Below, one piece after another: positions 1-16,339 of a DNA stretch of 64,000 nt. The position numbers and the translations under genes were made by a program. Numbering within the stretch: the first letter of the stretch is position 1; each line of letters starts with the position of its first letter. The stretch lies in assembly GCA_964016885.1 (NCBI GenBank), contig OZ024745.1, forward strand, positions 53,568,001-53,632,000, in the 5' to 3' direction. Origin of the DNA: Eledone cirrhosa (lineage: Eukaryota). The notes under the pieces are model-generated. The model was not told the origin of the DNA. It saw only the letters and a program-made list of their open reading frames with translations, and did no database searches.

Positions 1-545
1 ATTTTAAATATGAGAAGGTTAGAAAGACAATTAATGGAATGAGTATTAAAAAGAAGGAAAAGAAGGAAGCTAATAATGTTATGTTATTTTCTGAAGAAAG
101 GGCTAATGGAATGGAGAATATAGTCGTTAATAGATTGTAGGAATAATTGCGTTTTAAGAGTAGAGGCGGTTGCATGTATATATATATATATAATAATATA
201 TGTATGTATATATTATATATATATGTATGTATATATAAATATATATATATACATATATATATATTTATATATATTCATTATAAAGGCTTCCTTTATTTGG
301 TTTTTCTTCTTTAAAGGGGCGGGGGACTTATTTAGAAAAATCTGCCTATTAAACGGAACCTGTATATACAAACACTTACATAGTCATACATATAGGTAGA
401 TAAAAAAATTGCATACACACGTACACATATACATATGTATACATGCTAAATTATTCACATACATAGACGTAAATGCAGATCTACACGCATACATTCATAC
501 AAACATACATATATATACATACATATTTTTATATATATATGTATG

Positions 546-613
<68 letters not shown>

Positions 614-638
614 CATATTTTTATATATATATGCATAT

Positions 639-671
<33 letters not shown>

Positions 672-725
672 CAAAATATAAATATATATATATACATATA
701 TATATAAATATATATATATATACAT

Positions 726-820
<95 letters not shown>

Positions 821-909
821 ATATATGAATGTATACATATATATATGTGTGTGTATATATATATGTATACATATATATATGTGTATGTATATATGAATGT
901 ATACATATA

Positions 910-1010
<101 letters not shown>

Positions 1011-1070
1011 AAGAAATTTGTTCCAACTCCAACCCGCTCGTCTCCAGAATCTATCTTATTTCTCATTCTT

Positions 1071-1106
1071 TCTTCTAATGAAGGACTAGCGTCCGAAACG
1101 TTAAGA
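1071..1106 (+). ncRNA. Minimal type I hammerhead ribozyme, probably inactivated (core CTAATGA)
   Basis: TCTT-CTAATGA-A-GGAC tagc GTCC-GAAA-CG-TT-AAGA. Stems I and II and the palindromic AACGTT stem III are intact, but G5 is changed to A. Same family as the 37.3 kb copy. Confidence 0.65.
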
Positions 1107-1185
1107 CCCTCTTCCTGCTATATCAAGGGTTAACCTAATATATACTGTACCGATTGTGTTGTTATTTCTGTTTACCTTTTACACA

Positions 1186-1264
<79 letters not shown>

Positions 1265-1346
1265 TGTTATCTTTGGGGTTGGGCATGTTGCTAATATTGC
1301 CAATATACGTAAATATATACACATACATGTAAACACACACGCACAC

Positions 1347-1474
1347 GATGATGATTTCTAAAGAATGAAACAGTTCTAGTCCTGTAGAATCTCATCTATA
1401 TTAAAACTTTTATGCTCTGCAATGTATTGAGTACCTTACTTACTGTGGTTACCTCCGATTCAACCCGGAATAAC

Positions 1475-1480
<6 letters not shown>
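1347..1480 (+). mobile_element. HHR-bearing Penelope-type 3' end (family D), decayed, ending at (TA)n
   Basis: TGATGA-TTTC taaa GAAT-GAAA-CAG ttctagtc CTG-TA-GAA, then TATTGAGTAC. Homologous to 17706, 59720(-) and 61930(-). Confidence 0.55.
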
Positions 1481-1528
<48 letters not shown>

Positions 1529-1843
1529 CGCGCGCGCGTGTGTGTGCGTGTGCATGGGTGTGCATGTGAGTGTGTGTGTGTGTGTGTTCTTTTAGGTATA
1601 TTGGTTTATGTCTATGAAGTTATGTGCATTGGCTGACGTATCTTGGAGCATCGAACAGCACACACTAAATAACACATATTCCTACACACACATACTCACA
1701 CACACACTCACACACACACAGATATATATATATATACACACACATTTACATATATTATATATGTTATACATATATGCGTATGTTTTTATGAATCTGTGTA
1801 TGTGTCAATTTTGTGTGAATGTATATATATATATATATATATG

Positions 1844-2216
<373 letters not shown>

Positions 2217-2635
2217 ATATATATATATTTATATATATATATATATGGGTGTGGTATATGTATAATTGTATGTATATATGTGTGTGTGTGTGTGTTTCTA
2301 TGCATGTGTGTATTAGTTTGCTTCAGTTATCAAATCCTTCTCAAACTATGTTACTAATGGCTTCAAAGGAACTACAAGATCCTTCAGACCTTATTCTCAT
2401 ACACGGGATATGCTTTTAGAACCAAATTATCTGTTGATTTGGATAAGCAATAAGCTGTCATTCCATCTCTGGTGGTAAATGCTCAAGGGTTTTCTTTGTT
2501 GCGTTTTTGTTTTTGCTTTTCTTGTTTTTGTTAGATGTGTTGACTTTGAAAGTAGTAGTAGAATGGACATATTCATTATAGTGAGTGCTCTTCTCTTTGA
2601 GATATGGAACTTGTATGAACACATACACATTACAG

Positions 2636-2696
<61 letters not shown>

Positions 2697-2724
2697 AACA
2701 AAAGATGGTTAAAAGAGTTCCATG

Positions 2725-2795
2725 TATTTTATTATGCGCATTTCAAAAACAAATATCATCATGCAATAATATTTGTGTTTTCATCAGATAAAACA
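2725..2795 (-). ncRNA. Type I hammerhead ribozyme (mirror copy of 2862-2932)
   Basis: Reverse complement of the plus-strand HHR. Confidence 0.8.
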
Positions 2796-2861
2796 GGAGG
2801 ACATGTTGATTTAAAACTGAACTATCCACAAGTGTTTTTTAACCTTCATATCATGTCCTCC

Positions 2862-2932
2862 TGTTTTATCTGATGAAAACACAAATATTATTGCATGATG
2901 ATATTTGTTTTTGAAATGCGCATAATAAAATA
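2862..2932 (+). ncRNA. Type I hammerhead ribozyme, canonical core
   Basis: TGTTTTAT-CTGATGA-(long stem II AAACACAAATATT...GATATTTGTTTTT)-GAAA-TGCGCA-TA-ATAAAATA. Predicted AUA cleavage after 2924. Confidence 0.85.
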
Positions 2933-3086
2933 CATGGAACTCTTTTAACCATCTTTTGTTCTTATATATTATGTATACTCCAGTCCTACAAACTGTAGAG
3001 TGCTTCTTATCCGATATCTGCATTGCTTTATTGTACTACAATAAAACTCACCTCCTATATATATATATATATATATATATAAATTT

Positions 3087-3135
<49 letters not shown>

Positions 3136-3183
3136 TATATTTATATATTCATTTATATATTAATATATATGTATGTATGTGAA

Positions 3184-3398
3184 GGCGTGTGGCTGAGTGG
3201 TTAGAGAATTGGATTCGCAATCGTAAGGTTGTGAGTTCGATTCCTGGACCAGGCGATGCGTTATGTCCTTGAGCAAGACACTTTATTTCACGTTGCTCCT
3301 ACTACCTGGAGTTGCGACCGATAGATAGTATTAGCAATTGGAAAGACCAACGGAAACATTGTTCCCTCGGTCCGATTTGACGAAAGTCGATCGTTCCT
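3184..3398 (+). mobile_element. tRNA-derived SINE (family 1)
   Basis: A box TGGCTGAGTGG, B box GAGTTCGATTCC, CORE-like CCTTGAGCAAGACACTT. Near-identical copies at 37917 and 59394. Confidence 0.85.
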
Positions 3399-3410
3399 AT
3401 TATATGTATG

Positions 3411-3441
<31 letters not shown>

Positions 3442-3453
3442 GTATATATATGT

Positions 3454-3489
<36 letters not shown>

Positions 3490-3491
3490 GC

Positions 3492-3535
<44 letters not shown>

Positions 3536-3770
3536 ATAGTTATGTAATAAACAACATAAGGCAATTATTTCATTTACCAGTGGTTTCTTAAATGCAAAAA
3601 AATGTTGCTTTCAATCATCAGAATGAAAAAATCCTGGTGTATTTATTGACGTTGGATTATAAAAACAAAAATGCAATCTATATGAAAGTGAGGCTGGAAA
3701 AGGAAGAAGAAAAGGAAAAATAAAATAAAAACACACATGTAAACACACACACACACACAATTATATACAT

Positions 3771-3813
<43 letters not shown>

Positions 3814-4664
3814 CACACATACATACACACACACATATACACACACACACACATATATATGTGTATATATATACATACACATACATATAGCAACCAAATT
3901 TCTTTCAAATCTAATTTTATAGAATTAAATGTGGAATGATATGTTGAATCATGTAGTCTTAGATGGTCTGTATCTAAAAGGAATAAGAGGTTGTTATTCA
4001 ACATAACACTTCTTTACAGTAAGACAGGCCAATGTGATTAGTAAAGACCTGCTACCACCGGGATTCGAATTTTAATTGCTAGATTTAGACGTCCTCAATC
4101 ACATGTTTATATGTCTTTGTGACGAGTGCACGTTATCTGTGATTACTTTAGCATTGTGCTGGTCTACGAGTATTTTTAACATCAAAGGTTCTCAACAGGG
4201 GACATATGCACCCCCATGGGGCGTTTCGGAATTCCAGGTGGGCGTTTGGGAGCAAGGGGGAATTAGGGGGGGGCGTTTGGAGCTTTGGAGTGCACTGGAA
4301 GGCTCTTTACTTTGGTAAGTTTTATAAGCCATATTTGTATGTCTTTGAGACAGCCAGTGTGAATGCATTTGAATGAGCATTCAGACAGCATAACTATAGT
4401 CTGACCGCTGCTGTGAGCAGGTCTGCAGGCGTGTTTAGACATTAACCGGCAATTGAGATCCTAACAATGGAAAAACCCAGTCAACTGGGTCAAGGACACT
4501 TCAAGCGCAGCCAGTTAGAATCTTGTCTTTCCTTGACTGATAACAATGTATTTCATGTCTGAAATTATTGACTCAACCTTAACGAGTTAACACTATGTAG
4601 ATCTATGTTATTCCCTATTGTATAAATAATATTACAAATAAAAAAAATAAAAAAATCCCAGAAG

Positions 4665-5113
4665 CGGGTAGCACACACATCTAGGACCACATACAACACA
4701 TAATCAGATAATACACACATCTAGGACCACATACAACACATAAGCAGGTAATACACACATATAGGACCACATACAACACATAAGCAGGTAATATACACAT
4801 CTAGGACTACATGCAACACATAAGGAGGTAGCACGCACATCTAGGACCACATACAACACACAGGCAAGTAATACATACATTTAGGACCACATACAACACA
4901 TAAGCAGGTAATACAAACATCTAGGATCACATACAACACATAATCAGGTAATACAAACATCTAGGACCACGTACAACACATAATCAGGTAATACATATAT
5001 CTAGGACCACATGCAATACATAAACAGGTAATACATACATCTAGGACTACCTACAACACACAGGACTACCTACAACACACAATACATACATCTAGGACCA
5101 AATACAACACACA
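4665..5113. repeat. 40-bp minisatellite, about 11 copies, inside the hAT element
   Basis: Unit CTAGGACCACATACAACACATAAGCAGGTAATACACACAT recurs at 4681, 4721, 4761 and onward. Confidence 0.95.
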
Positions 5114-5114
5114 T

Positions 5115-6175
5115 TGTATCATGTGCTACGGACGACGCAAGAGCAATGGTCGGCCAACATAAGGGTTTCGTCACTCTTCTGAAGAGAGAAAATCTATCTG
5201 TATTTGTTGTTCATTGTGTCATTCATCGACAACACTTGGCTGTGAAGAAATTCAGCAAGCCACTGAGCAAGTCCTTGCAGTTGGCCCCTGATGTCATCAA
5301 TTGTATCAAACGGCATTCCCTCAATGAACGAATTTTCCGGCAACTGTGCCAAGATAATGACGAAGAATTCGTCAAGTTGCTCCTTCTTAATGAAGTGAGG
5401 TGGCTTTCAAAGGGCAAGTGCCTTACTCACTTCTTTGAACTGTTCGACTCTATCATTGAGTTTCTGCGAGGATGCAACACAGAACTGTACAAGAAAACCC
5501 TCGATATGAGGCAAAACTGCGCCTACCTCACCGACATCGTTGACAAATGCATTAGCGTCATTTTGGCTTTGCAGGGGAAGAAGATCACCTTGCTTAAACA
5601 AGGAATGCTGTGAAAACATTCCTGGCCATATTGAATGTCATCGAAAGGAATCTTTGTTGACGGGAATTCTATAATTTTCCTAGTGTCGCCAATGTTCAAA
5701 ACATTGTAAGTGATGACCAACTCCAAATGTATACCGCTCACCTCCGTGCGCTACAAGACAACATGAGAGAACGGTTTGTCGACCTTTTGCCGATGGACAT
5801 CCCTATGTGGGTAGCAGATCCCTTCATAGCTAATGTCGATGATTTGGACGTTATATTTCAGGAAGAATTCATTGAACTTCAAGCAGATGACATGATCAAA
5901 AGTAGATTTCCCAAAATAGGTGAACCCCTTTTTGGATGCAAGAGGAAATTCAGCGTCGATTTCCACACCTACATGCAGAGGCTAAGAGATTTGTTCTGCC
6001 TTTTCCAAGCCCATACTTAGTCAAGAGGAGGTTTGGTGCTGTTTCCAGACTGCACAGTAAGGCTCGCAACCGCTACAATGTAATTACATGTGGAGATCTC
6101 CGGCTACATTTTACGAAAATCCAACCTGACATCAAAGAGTTAGCTAGACTCCATGAAGTTCAAGGGTCCCATTGA
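5115..6175 (+). pseudogene. hAT transposase C-terminal half (SCAND3/ZBED8/Buster-like), frameshifted
   Basis: CATDDARAMVG (TDGAxAMxG-like), HCVIHRQHLA (CxxH), EVRWLSKG and C-terminal GDLRL motifs, split over ORFs 5146, 5727 and 5936. Confidence 0.9.
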
Positions 6176-6849
6176 AATGAGATCAAAGTTAAAGTAAGTT
6201 GATTTATCCGAAAACTTAGATATGCTATTGTTACAAAGCAAACTAACAATTTTTTTTATTTGTAGTTGCAGTCTGACTGGACTGGAAACCATCTACTACA
6301 ATTCACTTACTCATTTGTTGTATATATTTTACCATTTACTAATAAATATACCCTCCCGCGTGGTCATGAAAACCCTCTTCCGTGGTCTCTAAGCTAACAA
6401 AGCAGAGGGGACATCAAGCTAGATATCAACATTTATTCTGTCTGTTTCATTAAAAGGAAAATTGGAAAGCTTTGAAATGATATAATTGCCACTTTCTTCC
6501 AGATAAGAGCACTCTTTAGATAGAGTTGCTCTTGTATAAATATTCAAAATAGCTGGTATTGCCTGGTGGGAATATAACAAATTCAACTGGTCCTTATTCA
6601 TAAAAAAGAACATTTATGTTCCTTTTTTTTAAATTTATATATTTCCTTTCAAGGAATGTATTTATACTCTCAGCTGCCTGCAATGGTATCTTTGGAATAT
6701 TGTTAATCAATTTTTTAGTAATCTACAGATATCAAAATCAGTAGTATATTGAAAAATGGAAAAATAGGGTGGGGGGGGGCGTTTCGTGATTTCGAGGGAC
6801 AAAAGGGGGCGTTTGGCCTAAATGGGTTGAGAACCTGTGGTTTAAATCA

Positions 6850-7500
6850 TTAACCGTCAGTTTTGCGGGGAAATTTGCAGAGTACAAGTCTGTTGTCCAC
6901 TAATGTCTACCTATCTAGTTTTCTTTTCAGTTGTGTGCTGTAATGCCTAGCAATTGTTCCTTGTTGTAAGTTCTGTGTGAGCCGGTGGCAGAATACCGTT
7001 TTGTATGGCCAATATAACAGTTATGTCCTTAAGTTTACAATTTTAATGTTTCCATTCGAATTTATAAATCGCATAGATCCTTAGTAGTTTGTTTGCATAT
7101 TTACATGCTTGGTAAGAAAGTATTTAGTCTCACTATATTTGTGGCATATTGTTATTGTTCATTTATTGTTTGATGTAATGCAATTAGTTTTCTGTTTTAC
7201 TAGGTTTTTATAGAGTCATCTGATCTGTAGTTAATAAGCATTTAATTCATATGAGACACTTTTTGCTTGGTTTATATATATTTAATAGATTTTTGTCTCT
7301 GGTATAATTGTTGTGTTTATTCTTGTGTTGTTCCCTGGTTTGGTCTATAAATTTCTCAGAATCGTCGTTGTTGGTGAGTGCTTTGTTTGTGGAGAAGAAT
7401 CACAATGCTCTTCTAGTTATGGATTTTACCGTTGACAATTTATATCTATGTGGACCTTTTTCTATCTCCATGAGGGTGTAAGCAATTATTTGTCTTTAGT
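6850..7500 (-). pseudogene. Probable Penelope-like element ORF remnant (GIY-YIG endonuclease region)
   Basis: The minus strand near 7070-7000 reads AIYKFE...C...CYIGHTK across a stop and a frameshift, resembling the Penelope GIY-YIG motif. Heavily decayed. Confidence 0.45.
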
Positions 7501-9112
7501 ATAAACGGACACAATACATTGGTGATGGCACAGGTGTGGCTAACTAAGTCAGGGACCCTAATAAAAACATGTCTGTATCATCACGTATCGGAATACCCAC
7601 AGATATTTGTATTAAATAACTCACTTTTACACACAGACCTACAAACTCAACTACACCTACAGCTAAAAATATATTTAGAATTCTATTTTCGGACTTCTTT
7701 TTTATGAAGTGAATGGCTATTTTCATTAATCGACACTGGCAGTTATAGTAGTGAAACTGTTGATTATGAAGGCCTTGTTGTCGCTGGCATTGCTACTTGC
7801 CACGTTATTGTTTATGTTTAACCCCAGGTCGGACTTAATCAAATAGTCATATGATTAATGAGCATCTAATCTCTAGAACTGGAAGCCTCAACGTGGTCAC
7901 TCAAGCTGCTAGAAATTCTCTCACCTTATACCCCACTGTCTGAAAAATTATATATGAACCAATGTGGTTTTAGATGTAACACGAAAATGATGGTATATTC
8001 AACGCTAGAAAATTATGATTATACGTCTGCTCAATCAAGATTGGCTCGGTGCTAAACAAAAGCAACATCACCGTTCAATATATCTTTCTTTTTCGTGACG
8101 TTATGGTGTAGATTGTAAACAAAAAACGCGATCATCACACCATTGTCGGTAACACCTCTTTGATGTAAAGCTTTCACATGTTCTTGGTAATTCAAATTCA
8201 ATATTAATTATTGTAAACAAAACACGAATTTGTAGTATCATTATTATTCTCGAGTTCGTGTTACACGCAGTCTAGCTAATTAAATGTTCACGAGAATTTT
8301 GACCTTGTTCGGCTAATCCAGAATTCGGGTAATTGATGTTTAGATAACTTAAGTTTAAATGCATCTCACTTTTTAATACGTTTTCTAGCTACGCGCTTCA
8401 TTTCTTTGTACTACGATCAACGTCCTTACATATCTCTGGTCGCAACACTTGTTTTATCTCCCCTATATTGCGGCACCATTCTATAGGTATCTGTGTGGAG
8501 CACTAGGTGTTCCTTTCATTTCCCCTGGCTCTCAGTCCCAAATATTATGTAGACGCTTATATATGCTCTACGTTGTAGTACACATAGGGCCACACATCAG
8601 CCAGCGCTTCTTTCAACTGCTTTTTCGAGAACATGAGAAAGCGGCTTTCGTTTTTATAAAAACAGAGGTATGTCACTTTCCTCCTTTCTATCCTCCATGT
8701 AGGGAGACACTTCCTCTTCTGACATCCCTCTTTCACGTATCATTCCTCCTGAGTAACTCTCTTACTTTTTTTTATCAACGTTATTAAAACTATCGCTATT
8801 TTTTCTTTCATTTGTTGCGATGTTACAATTGTGTCTACTTATTTAATTGCCGGCACTTCTTTCTTATGTTTCCAACATTTTCTGTGGGGGCGTATCTGTT
8901 ATGACCCTCGTTGCTGCTAACACCTCTTCCCGCTCCTCCAGAGGTAACCATATTAAATTACGAGTAAACAATGTTTGTAAAATAATTAAATGTCTAAGAC
9001 AAGCCATAATTTCCACTCAAAGATAATGGGGTGGACAATCAAATTTTCCAAACTTCTTTGTTGGCAAAATAAACTAAGAAAATCTGTTTTTCTTTTTTCT
9101 TTGTGTGTGTAT

Positions 9113-9160
<48 letters not shown>

Positions 9161-9369
9161 ACGTATGTATAACGCTGTTATAGACGTCCCTTCATACTTT
9201 CCAAACAACGACGACAACAACAACAACATCAACAAACAATGGCAACAAAAACAACAGCAACAACAATAATAAAAATAATAATAATATTGATAACAACAGC
9301 AGTATGATAGATAGATAGATAGATAGATATATAGATAGATAGATAGATAGATAGACAGAATAATCGATT

Positions 9370-11720
<2,351 letters not shown>

Positions 11721-11772
11721 ATAATTGGAAATAGTTCCGCTGTTGTATCTTGTATATATGTATATGTATATT

Positions 11773-11903
<131 letters not shown>

Positions 11904-12196
11904 CTGTGTCTGTGTGTGTATACATATATATGAGGGGGCTTCTGTATATATGTGTGTCTACATATAAATATATATATATATATGTATGCATCATGTGTGT
12001 ATGCATGCATATATCTTTTCGTTTGATTGAAAAAGAAACACTTTGGCATCCAAGTTCCAATTGGAAACAAGAACAACTTGATGGGTGGGGGGGGGTATTG
12101 TTTTGTTTTGATAACTTGATGCGTAATTATTTATTCTTTATCTTCCTCCTCTTCTTCTTCTCCTCTTCTTCTTCTTGCTTCTTAATATTATTGTTA

Positions 12197-12237
<41 letters not shown>

Positions 12238-12610
12238 TTCTCCTCAACGTCTTCCTCTTTCTTGTAATTCTTCTCCATTAAAATGATTATTATTACTATT
12301 ATTTTAATTATTGTTATTATTATCATTGCTGCTGTTGTGGCTGCTGTTGTTGTTGTTGTTGTTGTTATTATAATTGTCTAGTGTCTGTGTGGGAAGAGGG
12401 GTAGCATAGAAAAACTCTGCTTTATTGATCGCCGTTTCTAAAGATGGCTCCTTGATTTCTCGGCTTCGCCACCACTCACACACACACACATAACACTCCA
12501 TTATACGCATAGACCTGTACACGAACAACGATGAACAACCATACACATATACACACACAGGAATAATTACTTACATATATATATATGTATGTATATATAT
12601 ATATGTGTGT

Positions 12611-12664
<54 letters not shown>

Positions 12665-12702
12665 ATGTGTATGTGTGTATATGTGTGTGTGTGTGTGTGT
12701 GA

Positions 12703-12742
<40 letters not shown>

Positions 12743-12832
12743 TGTGTGTGTGTGTGTACATATATCGAAACACATTTCCGCACACAAACACACCCTTACG
12801 CATAGTAGCGTGCACATACCTAAAATTAACCA

Positions 12833-12934
<102 letters not shown>

Positions 12935-13179
12935 TCTGTGTGTGTCTGTGTGTCAGTGTATACATGCAAAAAGCGATGCGCGCTAATGCACACTTAAATG
13001 ATATACACAAACACAACAGAGCACTTGTGTGTACGCATAGACACACACGCGCTCTCGCACGTTTAAATTCACGCGCAGGTTATGCACCCATACCCACTGA
13101 TTTGCATTTACACACCAGAGATGCGCACTTGCTTGCTTGTACATTCTTTCACACATATAAACACATGTTCATACACACA

Positions 13180-13229
13180 TACACGCACATGCATACATAC
13201 ATACAAACATACATACATACATACATACA

Positions 13230-13260
<31 letters not shown>

Positions 13261-13355
13261 TCCGAGATTTATACATACAAACGTACATACATTCATTCGT
13301 ACTAATTTGCATACACTCATACATATATACTTACAAACATACATACATACATGCA

Positions 13356-13389
<34 letters not shown>

Positions 13390-13447
13390 CTTACAAACAT
13401 ACATACATACATGCATACATACATACATACATACATACATACATACA

Positions 13448-13478
<31 letters not shown>

Positions 13479-13609
13479 TCCGAGATTTATACATACAAAC
13501 GTACATACATTCATTCGTACTAATTTGCATACACACATACATATATACTTACAAACATACATGCATACACACATACATATATACTTACAAACATACATGC
13601 ATACATACA

Positions 13610-13643
<34 letters not shown>

Positions 13644-13925
13644 CTTACAAACATACATGCATACACACATACATATATACTTACAAACATACATGCATAC
13701 ATACATACATACATACATACATACATACATACATACATACATACATACATACATACATACATACATGCATGCGTACATACATACATACATGCATGCATGC
13801 ATGCATACATACGTACATACATACATACATACATACATACGTACGTACATACATACATACATACATACATACATACATACATACATACATACATACATAC
13901 ATACATACATGCATGCATGCATACA
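13180..13925. repeat. (TACA)n compound microsatellite with internal duplications
   Basis: TCCGAGATTTATACATACAAACG block at 13261 and 13479. Repeated TACTTACAAAC interruptions. Confidence 0.9.
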
Positions 13926-14882
13926 CAGAGAGAGAGATATAGACAGGCAAGCAATCAAACAGGCAGATATTCATATATGCGTATGCATACATGCATATTT
14001 ATGCATACATGCATATATATGCACTTAAAATGATTCATATAAATGTACTCTTACCCATTGACACATATTCTGACATACAACACTGCGCACTCAATCTTTT
14101 CCCCCACACACAGACACACAGCACACAGCAGCAGCGGCGCCAGCACACCAAACACAACCACCACAAACATCACTACCATTACTACAATAAGCATCACCCC
14201 TACCACTAACAACAGCTCAGTCACCAGAAAAGCTATCACATTATCAAAATTATATAATATTAATATAGCTGAAGAGAAAATTTCATGGAATCGTTCTACT
14301 TAATACTAATACAGTTGAGTATAACATTTGTATCATAGTGAATTGAACAATGTAGTTAAATCTTTACCTTCAATAGGCAAGAACTCTCTTCGTGCGTGTT
14401 TTAAAAATCTAAAAACAGCATGCTATTGAAATGATTTAAATATGAGCAATTCATCGAAATATTTAAAAATATAGACAATGCAGATGATGATATATCTGGT
14501 CATTAGATGTGGCAGGTTAAAACAACTGACATATCTCAGATTGATTAGACGTCCTCGGTGAAGCATATTCTACTCAGCTGTCAGGCTGAGGGGAAATACC
14601 TCCGAGGAGTTTTCGGTATACTGAATTTAAACACGATAGCTCTATATATGAAACATTTCGCTTAGATATACGTCACTTAACAGGGAATATCCATGCAATT
14701 AGTAGACAAAAACTCGTAGTGTATAACATCTAAAATAACCAGACAAGGAGGATAACCTTAATAGAATATGTTAATTGGAATTTTAATAAAATATACGTTA
14801 TGTAGATATAAGTGGATCTTATCTATAAAGCCAAATAGTGAAAGCAACAGGCATGTTTCGGTCTTATTATCTATGTGTTTAG

Positions 14883-15072
14883 GGCGGTGGATTGGCAGTA
14901 TCGGTAGAGGGTCGGACCCCATGCTTTGCAGCAAAGAGTTACGGCCCTTTGTGGTCTGAGTTCAAATCCCGCCGAGGTTAATTTGCCTTTTATCCTTACG
15001 GGGTCGATAAAATAAAGTACCAGTAATACACTGAGATAATTGCTAGCCTTGTGCCAAAAGTAGAAACAATTA
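14883..15072 (+). mobile_element. SINE (family 2), full length
   Basis: GGCGGTGGATTGGCAG head, B-box-like GAGTTCAAATCC, GCCTTT.ATCCTTACGGGGTCGATAAAAT body, TAGAAACAATTAT end. At least 7 copies or fragments in the window. Confidence 0.85.
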
Positions 15073-15137
15073 TCTATGTGTTTATGTATGTATGTATGTA
15101 TGTATGTATGTTGTATGTATATAAGTATATATATATA

Positions 15138-15172
<35 letters not shown>

Positions 15173-15174
15173 CT

Positions 15175-15492
15175 TTATTAAGACATCTCTTTAGGAGAAG
15201 GTCACTCTGATATAAAACCTGCTACTTCGTTTTCACCCAGTGGTGTAGACCAATTCTTCTTTTGGGTAAATGTATTCGATTGTGATTGGCCCTGGGCAAA
15301 ACTTTACCTCACTTAAAAAAGCTTCAAGCACAGGCTTCGTTTGATATGTGACATCTTTTGCGATGCATGACTGGCCATAGACAATGGCTGGCCATAGACA
15401 AGTCCCTAGCAGGACTAAAAAGCCACGTCCCTGATGCTCATGCTTAAATATCAAACGATGGCATTACTCGAAATCGAGTTGCGGTCAACATA
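15175..15492 (+). mobile_element. Non-autonomous RTE-related element (family R), diverged copy
   Basis: TAGGAGAAGG..ACTCTGATATA motif and 3' ACTCG-AAAT-CGAGT hairpin. Homologous to 62280(+), 48166(-) and 52760(-). Confidence 0.6.
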
Positions 15493-15889
15493 ACTCTAAT
15501 TAATATGTCCTAAATTAAAACAAATATTTGTCTTTCGTAAATGTTCCTTAAAGTCATAAGTAAGAAACAATATATAGATGGTTATAAAGATACGGGACCC
15601 ACAGTTAGGAAAAGTTTTTAGGTAAGGAATGTAACAAACTGACACCGGTAAATAACGATATATTGAACTTGAAATGAAAGCACCCCAATCTGAAATGTCT
15701 CAATGATATAAAATAAGTTTCATTTAGAACCTGATTATAAAAATAATAGGTGTCTATATACATATATTTTAAAAATGTGTTAGAAAATATCCTTAAGTCG
15801 ATACATATAATTGTCTTCTAAACCTGCATGGTAGGTTTCACTAACGAAAAATCTTCTAGATATTTTCAAATCATTCTACTGATCGACAC

Positions 15890-16043
15890 CATGCTTTGTA
15901 GCATGGAGTTACGCCCCTTTACGGCCTGAGTTCAAATCCTGCCGAAGTTAACTTTGCCTTTCATCCTTACGGGGTCAATAAAATAAAGTATCAGTAATGT
16001 ACTGGGTAATTACTGGCCTTGTGCCTAAAGTAAAAACAATTAT
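15890..16043 (+). mobile_element. SINE family 2, 5'-truncated
   Basis: Matches the body and 3' end of the 14883 copy. Confidence 0.8.
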
Positions 16044-16055
16044 TACACACACACA

Positions 16056-16114
<59 letters not shown>

Positions 16115-16339
16115 TCTAAAGTAGGTGTTTTAAATACCAGTGTGTTTAGATCATTCAAACATTAAATCACAGAATTGTTAATATGTGTGAATACTGTATG
16201 AGATTTATTGAAGAGTCACGTGACAGTTATCGCTTCCCCTGGCTGCAAACCGTGTCTCGGGTTTGGGTTTTTATATACTAGTTCATTTCTTATCTACCTT
16301 TACAAAATGACTACCTTTACAAAGTGATAAATATATATA

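Larger units (their letters stand above)
2691..3055. mobile_element. Fold-back insert (family B) between (TA)n tracts, one HHR in each arm
   Basis: Arms of about 115 bp, 2691-2805 and 2852-2966, appear perfectly complementary. A unique 3' extension with AATAAA runs to the (TA)n. Confidence 0.85.
4183..6839 (+). mobile_element. Defective hAT (Buster/Charlie-like) DNA transposon
   Basis: 14-bp TIRs CAAAGGTTCTCAAC (4183) and GTTGAGAACCTGTG (6826-6839). GGGCGTTT motifs repeat near both ends. Internal transposase remnant. Confidence 0.85.

Noticed and set aside
3184-3256. tRNA gene
   Set aside because: The tRNA-like head continues into a repeated SINE body with no T-run terminator.
4665-5113. 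Regular 40-bp repeats (also the 68- and 90-bp arrays) as a CRISPR array
   Set aside because: Contiguous tandem units with no unique spacers, no cas genes, and a eukaryotic context.
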